DNA of 64,000 nucleotides from Priapulus caudatus. Taxonomy: Eukaryota. Shown here piece after piece: positions 23,401-51,768 of this stretch. The position numbers and the translations under genes are program-made. The stretch's first letter is position 1. Each line of letters starts with the position of its first letter. The DNA lies in contig NW_014577089.1 in the NCBI RefSeq assembly GCF_000485595.1, positions 739,283 to 803,282 of the forward strand, written 5' to 3'. The notes under the pieces are model-generated. The model searched no databases and had not been told where the DNA came from. It worked only from the letters and a program-made list of their open reading frames with translations.

Positions 23401-25315
23401 GGTCCGTTTCTTTGACAAGTTGCACCTCAATGATGATAATATTACTCTACAGGCGAGCACTCACTCGGCAGCAGGGACTGGTTACATTAAACTGAAATCA
23501 CGAGGAGATGTAGAAACTGCACTGGCATACAACAGAATGAAATTGGGGCATAGATATGTTGATGTACAAGAAGATGTACGCGGCAATGATGCCCAGCCAT
23601 TGGATGCAGAAAAGCCTAACAGCTCTCAGATGCCTACAGAAGAAAAACAAAACAAGAACACTGATAATAATGAAACGCACGACAGGTTTCACTCAGAAAG
23701 TAGAACCAGGGTGTCCTCTTCTTCAAACAATTTTATTAAAATGAGCAATTTGCCATATAGATGTAACAATGAAATGGTTGCATCATTTTTGCATGGTATT
23801 GAGATTGTTAAGAATGGCATTTTAATTTCTTCCGAAGGAAATTGTTACATAGAGCCTGCCACTAAAGAAGACTACGAGCGAGCTCTTGATAGAAATGGGA
23901 GGCAACTGAGAAATAGACCTATCGAGTTAAAACCAGCTAATCTAGATGATGTGCATGCTGTGAAAGAAGCAGACAAGCGGCGTGAGGAAAGAAGAAAGGC
24001 TGCTGCTAATAGACAAGATAGTGGTGAGAGACGAGATAGTGCACCGTCAAATCGCGTCGCACCAGTCATGAAAAATAGCAATGTCCTAGATGAGAGTAGC
24101 AAAGGTAGGAATGATCGAAATCGAGGACCTGACACAGACACAAGGGCAGCACAGGAGAGCAGGGGTGGAATATTGAAGGGTGACAAGCCTGTGCGATCAG
24201 GTTTGCTAGGCAATGCCCCTGAAGATGTGGCGGGTGGGCTAGTACCTCAGAGGAGAATAGGAAGTCAAATGAATGTGCACCCAGGACCTGTGCATGGCAT
24301 GGCCAACCAATTACAGTTCCCAGGAATTAATGCACCCCAGTCATTGGCAAGAAACTTTTCACCGGGGCAGCAAAGATTTATGGATGATGGTCGAGATGGA
24401 AGGGGTATGCCTGCAAGACCTGGATTATTAGATGAAGATATGCATCATGGCATGGAAAACAACCCAAGGAGCTATCGCGTGGATGGCAGATTGGGTATGT
24501 ATGGTGGTCCTGGAAGAATTATGGATATAGACCACAGGCCAAATGAAACAGGAGGTAGCTCAATCAGGCCACTTGGTAATGAAAGAAGAGAAGGCCACGG
24601 GCGACCACTGCTTGGACTGCGACCTGGAATGGACCATCAAGATATGGACTATGATAGGCGCGGTCCAAGTGATAATCAAATGGACATTCAGAGGCGTGAT
24701 AACAGAGGACGTGGATCTGAACGCGACAGATCACTTTTGGACCGGAGGGATGATTATGGTCCATTACACGATGACAGACCAGGTGGGAGACTAAGGGATA
24801 TGCCGTTGCTACGAGGTAACGATGAGAGAGCAAGTGCCGGACCAATGGACATGCCATTGCTAAGAGGTAACGATGAGAGACTTGCTAACAGACCAATGGA
24901 CATGCCATTGCTTCGAGGCAATGACAACAGACATGCTGGCAGACCAATGGACATGCCATTGCTACGAGGAGGCGATGACAGACCTTGTGGCGGACCAATG
25001 GACATGCCTATGCTCCGAGGTGGAAATGATAGACCTGGTTATGGACTGCATATGGATATGCCTTATGGACGAGGGCAGTTTACCACAGTTAAAATAAGTA
25101 ATATCTCACATGACATACCTATTAATGATATCCTAGCTTTTTTCCAAAATCACAACGTTGTTCCCGATTCTGTTCGGCTGGGGCTAAATGAAAGAGGAAA
25201 GCCTAATGGAGAAGGCCTCATAGACTTTTTTACTAGGGAGGGTGCCCTGAAAGCAGTAAGAGAGTTGCATCAGCGACCTTTAGCAAAAAGACCTGTAAGT
25301 CTCTTTCTCATGTAA
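20411..25315 (+). CDS. RBM12: RNA-binding protein 12/12B-like (five RRMs, RS/RD-rich and G/P/M-rich low-complexity regions), single coding exon, 1634 aa
   Basis: N-terminus MSVIIRLQNLPWEAKAIDIRNFFHGLSIPDGGVHIIGGENGDAFIAFTTDEDARQAM is the RBM12 RRM1 signature; C-terminal RRM TVKISNISHDIPINDILAFF...GEGLIDF...AVRELHQRPLAKRPVSL; intronless CDS as in vertebrate RBM12/RBM12B. Confidence 0.93.
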   Translation: MSVIIRLQNLPWEAKAIDIRNFFHGLSIPDGGVHIIGGENGDAFIAFTTDEDARQAMDRDRTKLKNGRVKLKLSSKNEMQNIIDLARGSLGMVDTRKGDTEQPEKSPASEDDPQSNISAQQALQQQQLYQQHALLAGNNQQLMFQQRGIVGDTVQQQVGMGRGVLQAGMQQQPPVVGGGASDLNSPLTNLMGQISVQNLQNILQSAQLSGPHPGTNSQLSSMAGASSQLPNLPGANSHMMSLPMANAQLPQFGVTSQQPQIMSTQATYGSHSQSIMAFPTMQEGTHVSSFTNHSLVSSGFSNQNDVTQDLFQPMVPVQGQPGYTRFSDQVHPQGLKREVEDIRSQGDGKRQRLSEFTIEMSNIPPSSSYRDIRQFFKHLFIARDGIKMVNDQRGYIGISLVKFDNERSLSAAFRMNGECIRGAPVNIRSVPPEVFHIACDPTYGQSPGGWKANLEQQSNSAEMPTSAINRNLDVPMSRQQQFGQRAQREADNPQAYFDDAIQDRPGPGHRIIDRPGLSSNRGGLSMGQPIQQKQLAPDNFTQLQVDRVAELGPDNRGLGPMDQQALSGLVHQQGPPRGYSETQVSERGFNGMTRVGPQPGIANVPVDDRFPMSRERVPMNQLGQRGMPVNQRDPIPNPRGPIFDRRGAPVDNRGPLLNERGNFPEHRGPAFNRPGSHPGGQRFAPRTMPPLLDENDMINQIDQRENSLGQRMEMQRGPLMDRDGRLQHRVPNVNQVGLLTDRGRPADQSGAVERRGPFADHIDLSKPRASSRQRDVQDREESLGRRDERSADRREAGSSDKRQPPLDSHSSNNQLQIETSKDSDRRRGDQDRRDTRSGSRRDTERKDSRHSRRDTREKRGSSRDRRGRSKDRVRDRRDRSSERGRSKRSSRESSHSRSTRKSPVRDLDVVKSDGAALPSSADKKDDDKAKGKDDKDDEKAKSMPAEKEGENRNLSNMPAQKNEARKSDVNEKPQLSTSKAYKIVLRNMPIQVGKKEVVRFFDKLHLNDDNITLQASTHSAAGTGYIKLKSRGDVETALAYNRMKLGHRYVDVQEDVRGNDAQPLDAEKPNSSQMPTEEKQNKNTDNNETHDRFHSESRTRVSSSSNNFIKMSNLPYRCNNEMVASFLHGIEIVKNGILISSEGNCYIEPATKEDYERALDRNGRQLRNRPIELKPANLDDVHAVKEADKRREERRKAAANRQDSGERRDSAPSNRVAPVMKNSNVLDESSKGRNDRNRGPDTDTRAAQESRGGILKGDKPVRSGLLGNAPEDVAGGLVPQRRIGSQMNVHPGPVHGMANQLQFPGINAPQSLARNFSPGQQRFMDDGRDGRGMPARPGLLDEDMHHGMENNPRSYRVDGRLGMYGGPGRIMDIDHRPNETGGSSIRPLGNERREGHGRPLLGLRPGMDHQDMDYDRRGPSDNQMDIQRRDNRGRGSERDRSLLDRRDDYGPLHDDRPGGRLRDMPLLRGNDERASAGPMDMPLLRGNDERLANRPMDMPLLRGNDNRHAGRPMDMPLLRGGDDRPCGGPMDMPMLRGGNDRPGYGLHMDMPYGRGQFTTVKISNISHDIPINDILAFFQNHNVVPDSVRLGLNERGKPNGEGLIDFFTREGALKAVRELHQRPLAKRPVSLFLM
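24790..25062 (+). repeat. 51-bp (17-aa) coding tandem repeat PMDMPLLRG(N/G)D.R, about 5 copies
   Basis: ccaatggacatgccattgct recurs with a 51-nt period. Confidence 0.9.
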
Positions 25316-25676
25316 ACTGTGGTAATTACATGAGTTCATGTTGTTGTAATGAGTACAAATAATACATGTATGTTGTATAAATGTATGTATGTACTACACA
25401 TGCATGTACGTGTGGTAAAACATTTTATGTAAGAACAGTATGTAAAAATTTGCATGCGTGTCATGTATGCATAATACACAAAATTAGTGAACTGATGTAG
25501 AGTCCACAGAACCACAACTTTGAAAATGTGGGTACGATATTAAAATGTAGTGTTTTTTATTGCTGGTATATGATATATAGCATCACAATGTGTTTCAAAT
25601 AGACATTTTAACAGAAACTGTGACATGTATAATATCAGGAGTATAATATTACTGTGTAACGTATGAAGTCACTACA

Positions 25677-25838
25677 GCAGATGAGGTCTATGTCTCTCTG
25701 ACCTCTGTTTGACCTGGCTCGTTTAGCTATTTCTGACTAACCCTAACCCTGGTAACTATCTGATAGGGTTAGGGTTAGTCAGAAATAGCTAAACGAGCCA
25801 GGTCAAACAGAGGTCAGGGAGACATAGACCCTATGGGC
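25677..25838. mobile_element. GGGTC-terminus hairpin MITE with inverted TTAGGG repeats, 9-bp TSD
   Basis: gtcactaca|gcagatgaggtctatgtc...ctaaccctaaccct-ggtaactatctgat-agggttagggttag...gacatagaccctatgggc|gtcactaca. Confidence 0.85.
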
Positions 25839-26374
25839 GTCACTACACTGTAACATTTAGCGTGAACAAGCATTTTGGTTATAATCACTGCATTAAAAGT
25901 TCTTTCGTGTTTTAGGATTCAGTGAATAGCCTGTCTTTTTTATGTTAATCTATAGTTTTCTTAGAAACTGAGTTCAACATGTATTGTCACAATTAATAGC
26001 TTCAATGAAGCTAATTATAAATGTATCTCTAAAATTTTACGTTCTTGTGATTTATTTTTCCAATCGATGAAAGAAATACAGTATATAAGTAGCACTGAAT
26101 AATGTAAAATCCACGATGTGTAGACCAAGCTGTGTGATGTAAATAAAATGTGTGCTTCTGTACTGAAATATCAATCCACTATGAGACGATATTTATAAAT
26201 GACATATATACATATTTTTATTTTTCAACATCAAGTCAGAAGTACCTGTAAGCAAGTAAATATATCACATACGATTTAGATATATGTTTTTTATCTTTTG
26301 AAATTGCAACTTATGTTATCACTTGCATGACACTATTTACAGATCACCATGCAAATTTTAAGCTTCTAATTTAC

Positions 26375-26930
26375 GCTGATTGGGTCTATTTCCCCCAGGG
26401 TACTATTGGAGGGTACCCTGGGTACGGTTCGATATATCGGAAAGTACCTCTGGGTACTATACGATATGTCGCTACGTACCCTGACTTTCAGCTAACTGAT
26501 ATCATAATCCATACACTCAAGTTACCACATCACATAGAAGAAACCTCAAAACATCGCAATCCAATAAAAATGTATGCTATGTTTGACTATTTTTTCCTTT
26601 TTCATATTCATTTTCATATCACTCAAATATTCATGATCTGAGAGAAATTTTCCCAAATATACACCACCAACGGGCACAACGGTGCTATCCACCTGCATGT
26701 TGCATAATTACATGGTGATACATACAATTTCCAGAAGAAATGCGAATACTGAAATGAATATTTTGCGGGAACGGACCGGAAACAAGGAACGGGAGCATAA
26801 AGTCAGGGTACGGTAGGACAATGCAGGGTATGCAGCGACATCAGATAGTACACCAAGGTACTTTCCGATATATCGAACTGTACACAGGGTACCCTCCGAT
26901 AGTACCCTGGGGGACATAGACCCTATCCGC
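26375..26930. mobile_element. GGGTC-terminus MITE with ~110-bp TIRs, 9-bp TSD
   Basis: ctaatttac|gctgattgggtctatttcccccagggtacta...tagtaccctgggggacatagaccctatccgc|ctaatttac. Confidence 0.85.
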
Positions 26931-27071
26931 CTAATTTACTCTCACAAACACCCTGGTGATAAACGCAAATTGTAAACGTAGCATTACCCTATTCAGAACT
27001 GGTTATACTTCATCATACAGTGCATGTCTACAACTACAACTACAACTAAGAAATGTTCGCGATAATAATAA

Positions 27072-27112
27072 CAGGAGTGAATAATTAATAGATCTATTAT
27101 TATTCACTCCTG
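27072..27112. mobile_element. 41-bp CAGGAG...CTCCTG hairpin (related termini at 47332-47949)
   Basis: caggagtgaataat...attattcactcctg; flanks ataataa/ataatag. Confidence 0.55.
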
Positions 27113-27629
27113 ATAATAGTAAATCTCTAAATTATCTGGCTAAACACACGTTGAAACCAACATTTTAGGCCATGATTTGACACAATTAAGTGACCCCTGA
27201 CAGTGAAATGAGTAACTTGAAAGCAATTCTGATGTTTGGATACACGTAAATATAGATTCCTGCAGCTGTTACCTTTGCAGTAGTAGGGAAATTTTCAAAA
27301 TTGTATTGCAAACACATTTCGTTAATCTTTGGAAATTTGTAATCTAGGACTTAGCAATATACAGAATATGGCTTCAATCTTACTAGCTGCTAGCTATCTG
27401 CCAGCTTGCATAAGCATTGGTTCTTACCCGTGACTGCTGTCATGACGTACGACAAAAGGGTAATATCAGATCTGGTAAAATGTAATAATAGTAAATCATC
27501 TAGAATTTGATGCAAAAATTGTTGGTAAGCATCACTACCACTAGTTTATTTGGCAAGACGACAGTAGGAAAAGAGTTTGGGGCAATGCTGTTGAATGCCT
27601 AAGGTAATGCTTTAGTTCAAACTTATTAA

Positions 27630-28639
27630 AGGGATCGTTTACTCTAGGTTCTAGGGTTATTTTCAGTTAATTTAGGTTAAAATTACGCTACATAAAGTTT
27701 CATGGTTCAATCACCATTAGAAATATTATTAAAAAATGTTTTAAAACTAACTACTACAGTTTGATTACAATAATGGTGGCGCTACTCAAAGCGCACTATC
27801 TAATAAGTTGCACAAAACCACTTTTCAGCCAAGGGCTACAGACCGAGGGTGTTTCTTATTTATTAATTTAAAAGCAAAAGGATTGTAATATCTTATAAAC
27901 GACATATAGTTTCAGTTATATTATGGATAAATTTGCCCTAAAATGAATATCGTTCGGTTAAATAGCATTTAGATTTTAGGTATTCAATATAATTGAACTT
28001 TTGTGATTAGCCCTCGGTCTGTAACTAGGGCTGCCAACTCTCACGCATTTTGACCAAATCTCACGCTCTCACGCTGATCTTACAATATCTCACGCACAGC
28101 CAAAAAATGCTGAGATATCTCACGCATGAATATCTCTTCATGAATAAAACGCTGAAATATCTCACGCACAGCAAAAAAAATCTTACAATATCTGAAAACA
28201 GTCACTTTAGTATGCACCAAATTGCACAAATTGAAGTTATAAAATGCAAAAGCTCCCTACCGTGGAGCCCAAAAGTGCAATTATATTTGTAATTAAATGC
28301 CATTTAACAGAAACGATATTCATTTTAGGACAAATTTATCCATATTATAACTGAAACTGTATGTCATTTATAAGATATTGCAATCCTTCTGCTCTTAAAT
28401 TAAGAAATAAGAAACACCCTCGGTCTGTAGCCTGCAGCCGAAACGTTGCTTTGCGCAACTTTTCAGTGCGTGCTCTGCCAGTGGCGCCACCGTCGTTGTA
28501 AGCAACGGTATAGCCGTCAGTTTTAAAACAATTTTTTTAAATATTTCTAATAAATATTGATCCATAAAACATTTTATGAAGCGTAATTTTAACCTATCTT
28601 AGCTGAAAATATTTGAAGAACCTAGAGAAATGTATCCCT
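27630..28639. mobile_element. Kolobok-like foldback element (TTAA TSD) with an internal TAGGG-hAT-like fragment (~28026-28260)
   Basis: TTAA|agggat...atccct|TTAA; ~340-bp diverged inverted arms (e.g. ctacagaccgagggtgtttcttattt / aaataagaaacaccctcggtctgtag). Confidence 0.75.
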
Positions 28640-29131
28640 TTAATTTTGAAAATAAATAATTATATTGTTTGTGGTGATCTATATTTCCAATATTGTATAT
28701 CTAGCATGAAATGTCAGTGTGTCACTTCTTACTTGTTTCACAGTCAAGGGTCACACTTTTTTGCACTACATAAAATTTCAGCAATATCTATCATGCAATG
28801 CAATGAAATATGTACATGGCACTGATATTTTTCCCTTCTGGATAATGCATACTCGTCATCATAATGATATCTGTTTGTTCAGATTAAGTTTGCTCTTAAC
28901 AGACCAAAATTTGATATGATTACAATAATATAAATGTGTATATAATGACTACACATGCCTATTCGATGGAAATAGTGTGTTAAAAGATGAACGACAATTG
29001 ACATATTAACACTGATTATTGGCTGACTGGGTTATGTAAAATCCAAATAAGTCTTAATAACTCCTACATTTTATAGATGAAAATAGGTTGCTGTTTTAGA
29101 ACAACATTTATTACTAGCAATAAGATATCAT

Positions 29132-45819
<16,688 letters not shown>

Positions 45820-46039
45820 TTTGATCTCGTTTTCTCACGTGAGATCTTGCGAGGCAACAAAACTGCTCGAGACGTAGACTGGTCCGCGCTCGACAGTTCC
45901 ACAGTCCACTCGCGTTACACTGACGCGTCAGTGCATAGGTCAGTGTAACGCGAGTGGAACTGGCGAGCGCGGACCAGTCTACTCGAGACGCGGGAACATT
46001 CGTAAACGCATTGTAGGATAGAAACATTTTGCTAAAGAA
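45820..46039. promoter_or_regulatory. VPS35/ORC6 bidirectional promoter and 5' UTRs
   Basis: Only 220 bp separate the divergent ATGs; CpG-rich; palindromic tctcacgtgaga at 45833-45844. Confidence 0.8.
45875..45981. mobile_element. 107-bp hairpin MITE with 9-bp TSD inside the bidirectional promoter
   Basis: ctcgagacg|tagactggtccgcgctcg...cgagcgcggaccagtcta|ctcgagacg. Confidence 0.85.
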
Positions 46040-49000
46040 ATGGACACTGAGTTTCAAAACCAGTTTGCTCAGAAACTTGGAATTATTTCACCAAGAATCC
46101 TTAGGTAAGCTAGGCAAACTAATGCTTGTTTGAATACAGACAGTTGAGTTGGTGTCACTATTCACTGTAAGTGTAAGTCTGTACACAGTACTGTTAGTGT
46201 TACTGTCACTGTCTCAGTGTCTGTACTGACAGTGACACTCACTAGTGTCACAGTGTTGTACACCGCGTGAACGCTGCGCTGTGCATAAACAACAAAGTTA
46301 TAAACGGAAAGCATAACCGCAAAATTCGCACGACGCTCGCTTTGTTTTACACAATCACAGCAAATATATAAAGTAAAGAGCCAGCTTATTGTTTTGTAAA
46401 AAAGATGAATGTGATATATACCATTATTTATGTGATTGAGGTTTGTTTTACAGAAAAGCAGCTGAACTGTCGCGACTGATCAATGTGAAGGCCCCTGGGA
46501 TTTGTATGTCTGATTCATGTAAGAATGTTATGAGCATAGAATTGGCTTGTATGTCCTACAGTCAAAACCTCGACAGGGTAAGTTCACTGATGAGTTTTGT
46601 ACTACTCAATAATAATTAAACATAACAAGATTGTAATGTAATACTAATAGTAATACGTATGAAATTAACTTGAAATTTCATGTTTGAAAATAAGGAGTAT
46701 TTTTTGCATAGTTTACCATTTTAAAAGATATGTTCGACTGCATATGCTACGGCTGGAATACAATGATGATACTGCCCACTGGTACTTCATTTACCATTGG
46801 TAGTGTACGTTTGCATTTACGTATATTTTGTCGTGGAAAGATATGATTGGCACACTACCAACTAATACTGATATATGCAGTAAACTGATGTTTATATATA
46901 TGTATTTACCATGTTTTCAGGCAGTAGCAGCAAAGTTGGCAGGAACTACAAAGGCAATATACAACAGAACATTAAAAGTACTTGAGACTTTGCTTAACTT
47001 AGCACCTAAAACAAACGTCCAGGACCTGGCTATCCAGTTTGGGTGTTCATCTGAGTGTAGTGACTTAGCTGGAAAAGTTTTGAAAAGGTAAAGAATGTTA
47101 ATGACTGATCCCATTGATCAGAACAGCAGTTTTGTTCAAAATTCATTGGAAATTAATCAGCTATTTGTAGAAAAAAGGTGCAAAATTATCATTTATTGTA
47201 GCTATCAGAACAGGATGAGCACAATCGATTTAGACATGGCTCTGTACCAGACCGCTGCCCTGTATGTAACTTCAAAGTAAGTACCAATAAACTGTTGCCT
47301 GCATGAATATATATCTATATATATTTATTTATCAAGATCAAATAATCTCAAAGGAGTTTGCCACATTTTCCCGTGTTTTTACCATTATTCCACTTTCCAA
47401 AATTTTGGCATAATGAAAAAATAGAAATGTTTATGTTCTTGAGCTTATGTCATATACCATTGTTATTCACCTATCTTGTACTGAAATTGGGTTGTAACTA
47501 TTTACTGTCATTTTGCTGTAAATTGTATTCAAACTGTGTTGATTCAGAGGCCTTCGGCATGTTAATTTGTCCCTATGCTGTTAATATATATCGTACTAGA
47601 TCTTGGATGCATTGTAAACTTATTAAATAAGTGATGTTATATATTTCTCACTCGCGAGATGAAAACATTACAATTCCTGTCACGTCGCATGTATAGGATT
47701 AGAGCAGTTGTCTCCAGTATCGATAAAAAATACACACCTACATAGATGTGTCACCATGCTGAAAGCCTCTGAATCAACACCGTGTTTGAATGCAATTTAC
47801 AGCAAAATGACCGACTAGGCGATTAATAAAGGTACGAAATAAAATAACATACATTTTTTTTGTTTTATATTATGCTGAAATTTGAGGTGGAAAAACGGGA
47901 AAAATGTGAGAAAATACGTGTCAAACTCCTTTGAGATTATTTACTCCTGATATATATATCTATCTCTATATATATATATATATATATGATAGTGCCTAAT
48001 ATCAGTGCTTGTCATATAAATACAAAGACTGGAGTATTAAAATATGTCATAATATGTTCTAATTAGTAAAGTATGTATTATAAGTAATGCATATTATCAG
48101 GTAATCATTTTTCATTTGGCTAGTATTTTTTAACATAACAATAAATAGTAAGTGAAAAGATGAAAGTAGAGCACTGATTAATACTTGTGCGTTCATTAAT
48201 GCATTATAGTTGCCTCAGTCCCACTAGAATTGTTTAATTTTAACTTCTGTTATTATTTTTTGTTATTCTTGGTTTTCCGTTTTTAAATTGTTTGCAGGAA
48301 GTTGAAAAGCAAAGTAGACAAGAGTAAGCTAGTTTCCATTGCTGGCTGTACAAGTACTACATTTGACAGAATGTGCAAGCTGCTAGAAAACCATGTCGAC
48401 ATTCTTGTTGGTATGAACGTATATAAAAATTTTCCCACTTATCTCTATGCATGTGTTTATATACATGAGTCTTTGCATGCCAGAGAACAAAAATCTACAA
48501 CAAGTTACATTGTAATGGATAGTTATTAATTTTGGGTGGATTGGGTTTATATGTTGGTTGCATTTTATTATTGGAAGCTTTGTAACAGTATTTTTAACAA
48601 TTAACACTGTTATTTGAGTTGCCATTTTCGTAATTCACATTTTTCAGATGACAAAAAACAACTGATAGGCACCAAAAGACCAGCGAAGTCTTTCCTGCAG
48701 AGTGTAGAGGAATCGATAAAAAGAGGTTAGTAGCTTAGGACAAAGGTAAAGGTATTTAAATAGCAGGTGCTCCTTTTAGCACTTGCACAACGTAGCACGC
48801 TGTGTTAACTACAAGTTAGATGGATCCCTGCTCAGTTATATGCAGGAAAAATATGATAGACCACATAACAGGAAAAATAACAGGAAAACAGGAAAAATAT
48901 GAGGACTACATAACAGCACTGTTTTCTGTCAGAGGGAATTCTCTATTTGGTAGAAGTTGGAAGAAGTCGAGAAGTTAGATAGTAGAATTAGGTAATAGAT

Positions 49001-49796
49001 TAATGTTCCAAACAGTTTTTTTAGTGTATGATCCAGACAACATCACTTTTAAAGCAAGGATTTATTACAGTCTTTGTGATCATTACTGGTATTACGTGTA
49101 TAACTGCATAAATATAATACAAACACAATGTATTATGAGCTCTTGACAATATCAAGACATGGCATTGCTGGTTTTTTGGGTTACCAGTTGTATAGTGGTG
49201 CCACCTTATATTAGGTGCTTTCTCCTGCTGAAACTCTAATTGTTAATAATGAATGTTACTGCGGTATCAGTCATTATTTTTAATTTTTAATGTTTTGTAG
49301 TCAATGATTTTTACACAAATTAAATAAAAGTTGAGAATTTTAGCTAGGAATAAATATAATTAAATAAAAAAGGAGAAAGCCGAATTGAGAAAGAGAGCTG
49401 GTATTTTATGATTTTAGTCATTTCTATTCAATCATAAAAATGTCGACAGGTGCATGCAGTGTACAGGCCGGTCTCAGTAATACGAATAAAGTGCTATATT
49501 ATGATATATATCGGTCAAACACTGATACTCACCTTTGTCAGTAGTATGTTTTGCAGCTTCATCTTTTAGATAATGGAATTTTGATCCAATTGCAGTATCA
49601 GAAAGTAGATAATGTGGTGTGATTTGTTGTTGTCTGTTGACTGCATGGTAGGTTGACTGTAGAATGATAGCTAGGCATTGTGTTAACAGATGAGTTGCAG
49701 ACAAACAGTAAGAAGCAAAAAGACTCGTCTCAGGATGGCAAGGCGGATGACTACGAGGCATGGAAGCGCAGGATGTTAGATATGTCTCGAGACTAA
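46040..49796 (+). CDS. ORC6: Origin recognition complex subunit 6, 7 exons, 242 aa
   Basis: Exons 46040-46104, 46454-46577, 46921-47087, 47202-47276, 48298-48410, 48648-48725, 49690-49796, all GT-AG and in phase (729 nt). Motifs ILRKAAELSRL, VQDLAIQFGC, KVDKSKLVSIAG...FDRMCKLLE and the C-terminal DYEAWKRRML (ORC6 DYEEWKRKIL). Confidence 0.93.
47332..47949. mobile_element. Degenerate foldback element in ORC6 intron 4
   Basis: aaataatctcaaaggagtttg...caaactcctttgagattatttactcctg; inner arms gtcattttgctgtaaattg...gttgattcagagg / cctctgaatcaacac...caatttacagcaaaatgac. Confidence 0.7.
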
Positions 49797-50619
49797 TTCC
49801 TCAACAAAATCTACTTACATGTAGATGAAAGACATACCTGGTCCAAATTGGTTTACTGAAATGGTTAGTCGCTTAGACAATACTAACACAGGGCGTAGCT
49901 AATGGGCATCAACCCATCCAAGATAAAATTGTTGGATGGTCAATGGCGAATTGCCCACGGTTACCGGCTTTACATAGAACTCGGTAATCTGCACATGGTT
50001 GCTCCCCCGAGCAAAATGGGTTAGCTAGACCCCTGCAACAGTGGCAGAATAGATTTTCTTGTACATAACATCAACATTAAAAGACGAACAAGTGCACTGT
50101 GTGAAATAATTTTGTTAGAATTGATTGTATTTAATTAGTAATAAGTAAATATGTATATATGTATGTCGCGCACACATGCACGCACGCACGCACGCACATA
50201 ATATTAAATGCGTGCGTGTATATAGGTGTAGTGCTATAGTGTCTGTTGGGTTTCNNNNNNNNNNGCGCCTCCCCATAGGTCAATTAATGGGCTAGAGTTA
50301 GTGAGAGCGGAAGGGAAATTGTCTGCGGCGGGCCCGCGCCCCGCCCACCCCCCCGTGGCACACGACGCCATGACACCGATAGTATCCCGCCGCCCGACTT
50401 TAGGTCGCCGGGGATACAAATTATTGCTTCCAACTGGGACTACGGCAGCAGATGACCTGCGTAATTATAGCAAAGCCATACATCAAGCTAGAAACATATG
50501 AACAAGGTTCGAGAGATAATTTGGAATATTATTAAGATTTCCAACACGTTTATCCTCTACAAAGACCAAAGCATCCGTTTTAGGTTTTCGTTTAATGAGA
50601 GCCAGCTTCTAGCACAGTG

Positions 50620-50654
50620 GTATATATATATATATATATAATTTTTTATGTTAA

Positions 50655-50703
<49 letters not shown>

Positions 50704-50799
50704 TTTTATTTTTTTATATTATATCTATATATATATATAGAGATGAGCAGGAGAGGGGAGAGAGAGAGAGCAGAGAGAGCAGACGAGAGAAGAGGAGAT

Positions 50800-50834
<35 letters not shown>

Positions 50835-50975
50835 GAGAGAAGAGAGAGAGGAGGACGAGAGGCAGAGACTGAGAGAGAAGAGACAGAGACAGAGGACAGA
50901 GACAGAGACAGAGACAGAGACAGAGAGACAGAGAGAGGACGATGACGAGAGATGAGGAGCAGAGTAGAGAAGAAT
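50620..50975. repeat. (TA)n, poly-T and (GA/GACA)n low-complexity tract near an assembly gap (N10 at 50255-50264)
   Basis: Directly visible. Confidence 0.9.
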
Positions 50976-51226
50976 TTCTGCTGAGATGCACAAAGTGAAA
51001 AATAACTGAAAAACAAATATGTATTAGAAAAATTTTAATCTCATACAATAAAAAAATTGAAACCTACAATTTTTCTTCATATCATCATTTCGTGGGAAAA
51101 CCACAAAAACAATAATAATCATAGTTTAAAACGAATTAATCACTGGACTAAATTTAAATTTAAAAAGCAATAGAAACCCAAAACAGACACATATTATGTA
51201 TACACCTTATTATACACGCACGTGCC

Positions 51227-51768
51227 GTGCCCCTAATTGACCTAGCGCTACCAAACTTGGTATACTTACACATCTTGGGGAGAAGGTGTGTCGCGTACCA
51301 AAACCAGGTCACTACAACCTTTAGCTTGACCTTAATTATATTTCCCTTCCGCTCTATAACTCGGCCCCTAATTGGCCTAGCGCTACCAAACTTGCTATAC
51401 TTACACACCTTGGGAAGAATGTGTGTCGCGTACCAAAACCAGGTCACTGCGGCTTTTATTTGACATTGACCTTGACATTGACCTTTATCATATTTCCTTT
51501 CCGCTCTATAACTCGGCCCCTAATTGACTTAGCGCGACCAAACTTGGTATACTTATACACATCTTGGGGAGAAGGTGTGTCGCGTACCGAAACCAGGTCA
51601 CTGCAACCTTTATTTGACATTGACCTTGACCTTGACCTTCATCATATTTTCCTTCCGCTCTATAACTCGGCCCCTAATTGACCTAGCACGACCAAACTTT
51701 GTATACTTACACATCTTGGGGAGAACACGGGGGATACATGTAGTTGGCGACAACTGCCCTTTCTAGTT
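51227..51768 (+). mobile_element. HINE 3' part with ~3.5 tandem ~140-150-bp core repeats; an inverted 5' part lies at 50265-50420
   Basis: Unit gcccctaattgacctagcgc.accaaacttggtatacttacacatcttggggagaaggtgtgtcgcgtacc; end cgggggatacat + hairpin gtagttggcgacaactgc + ttctagtt. Confidence 0.8.

Noticed and set aside
20414..25097. Antisense and alternative-frame ORFs within RBM12
   Set aside because: Shadows of the long CDS with no recognisable domains or splice support.
51227..51768. Repeat-spacer-like array and its short ORFs
   Set aside because: Whole ~150-bp units are homologous HINE core repeats; the ORFs are incidental.
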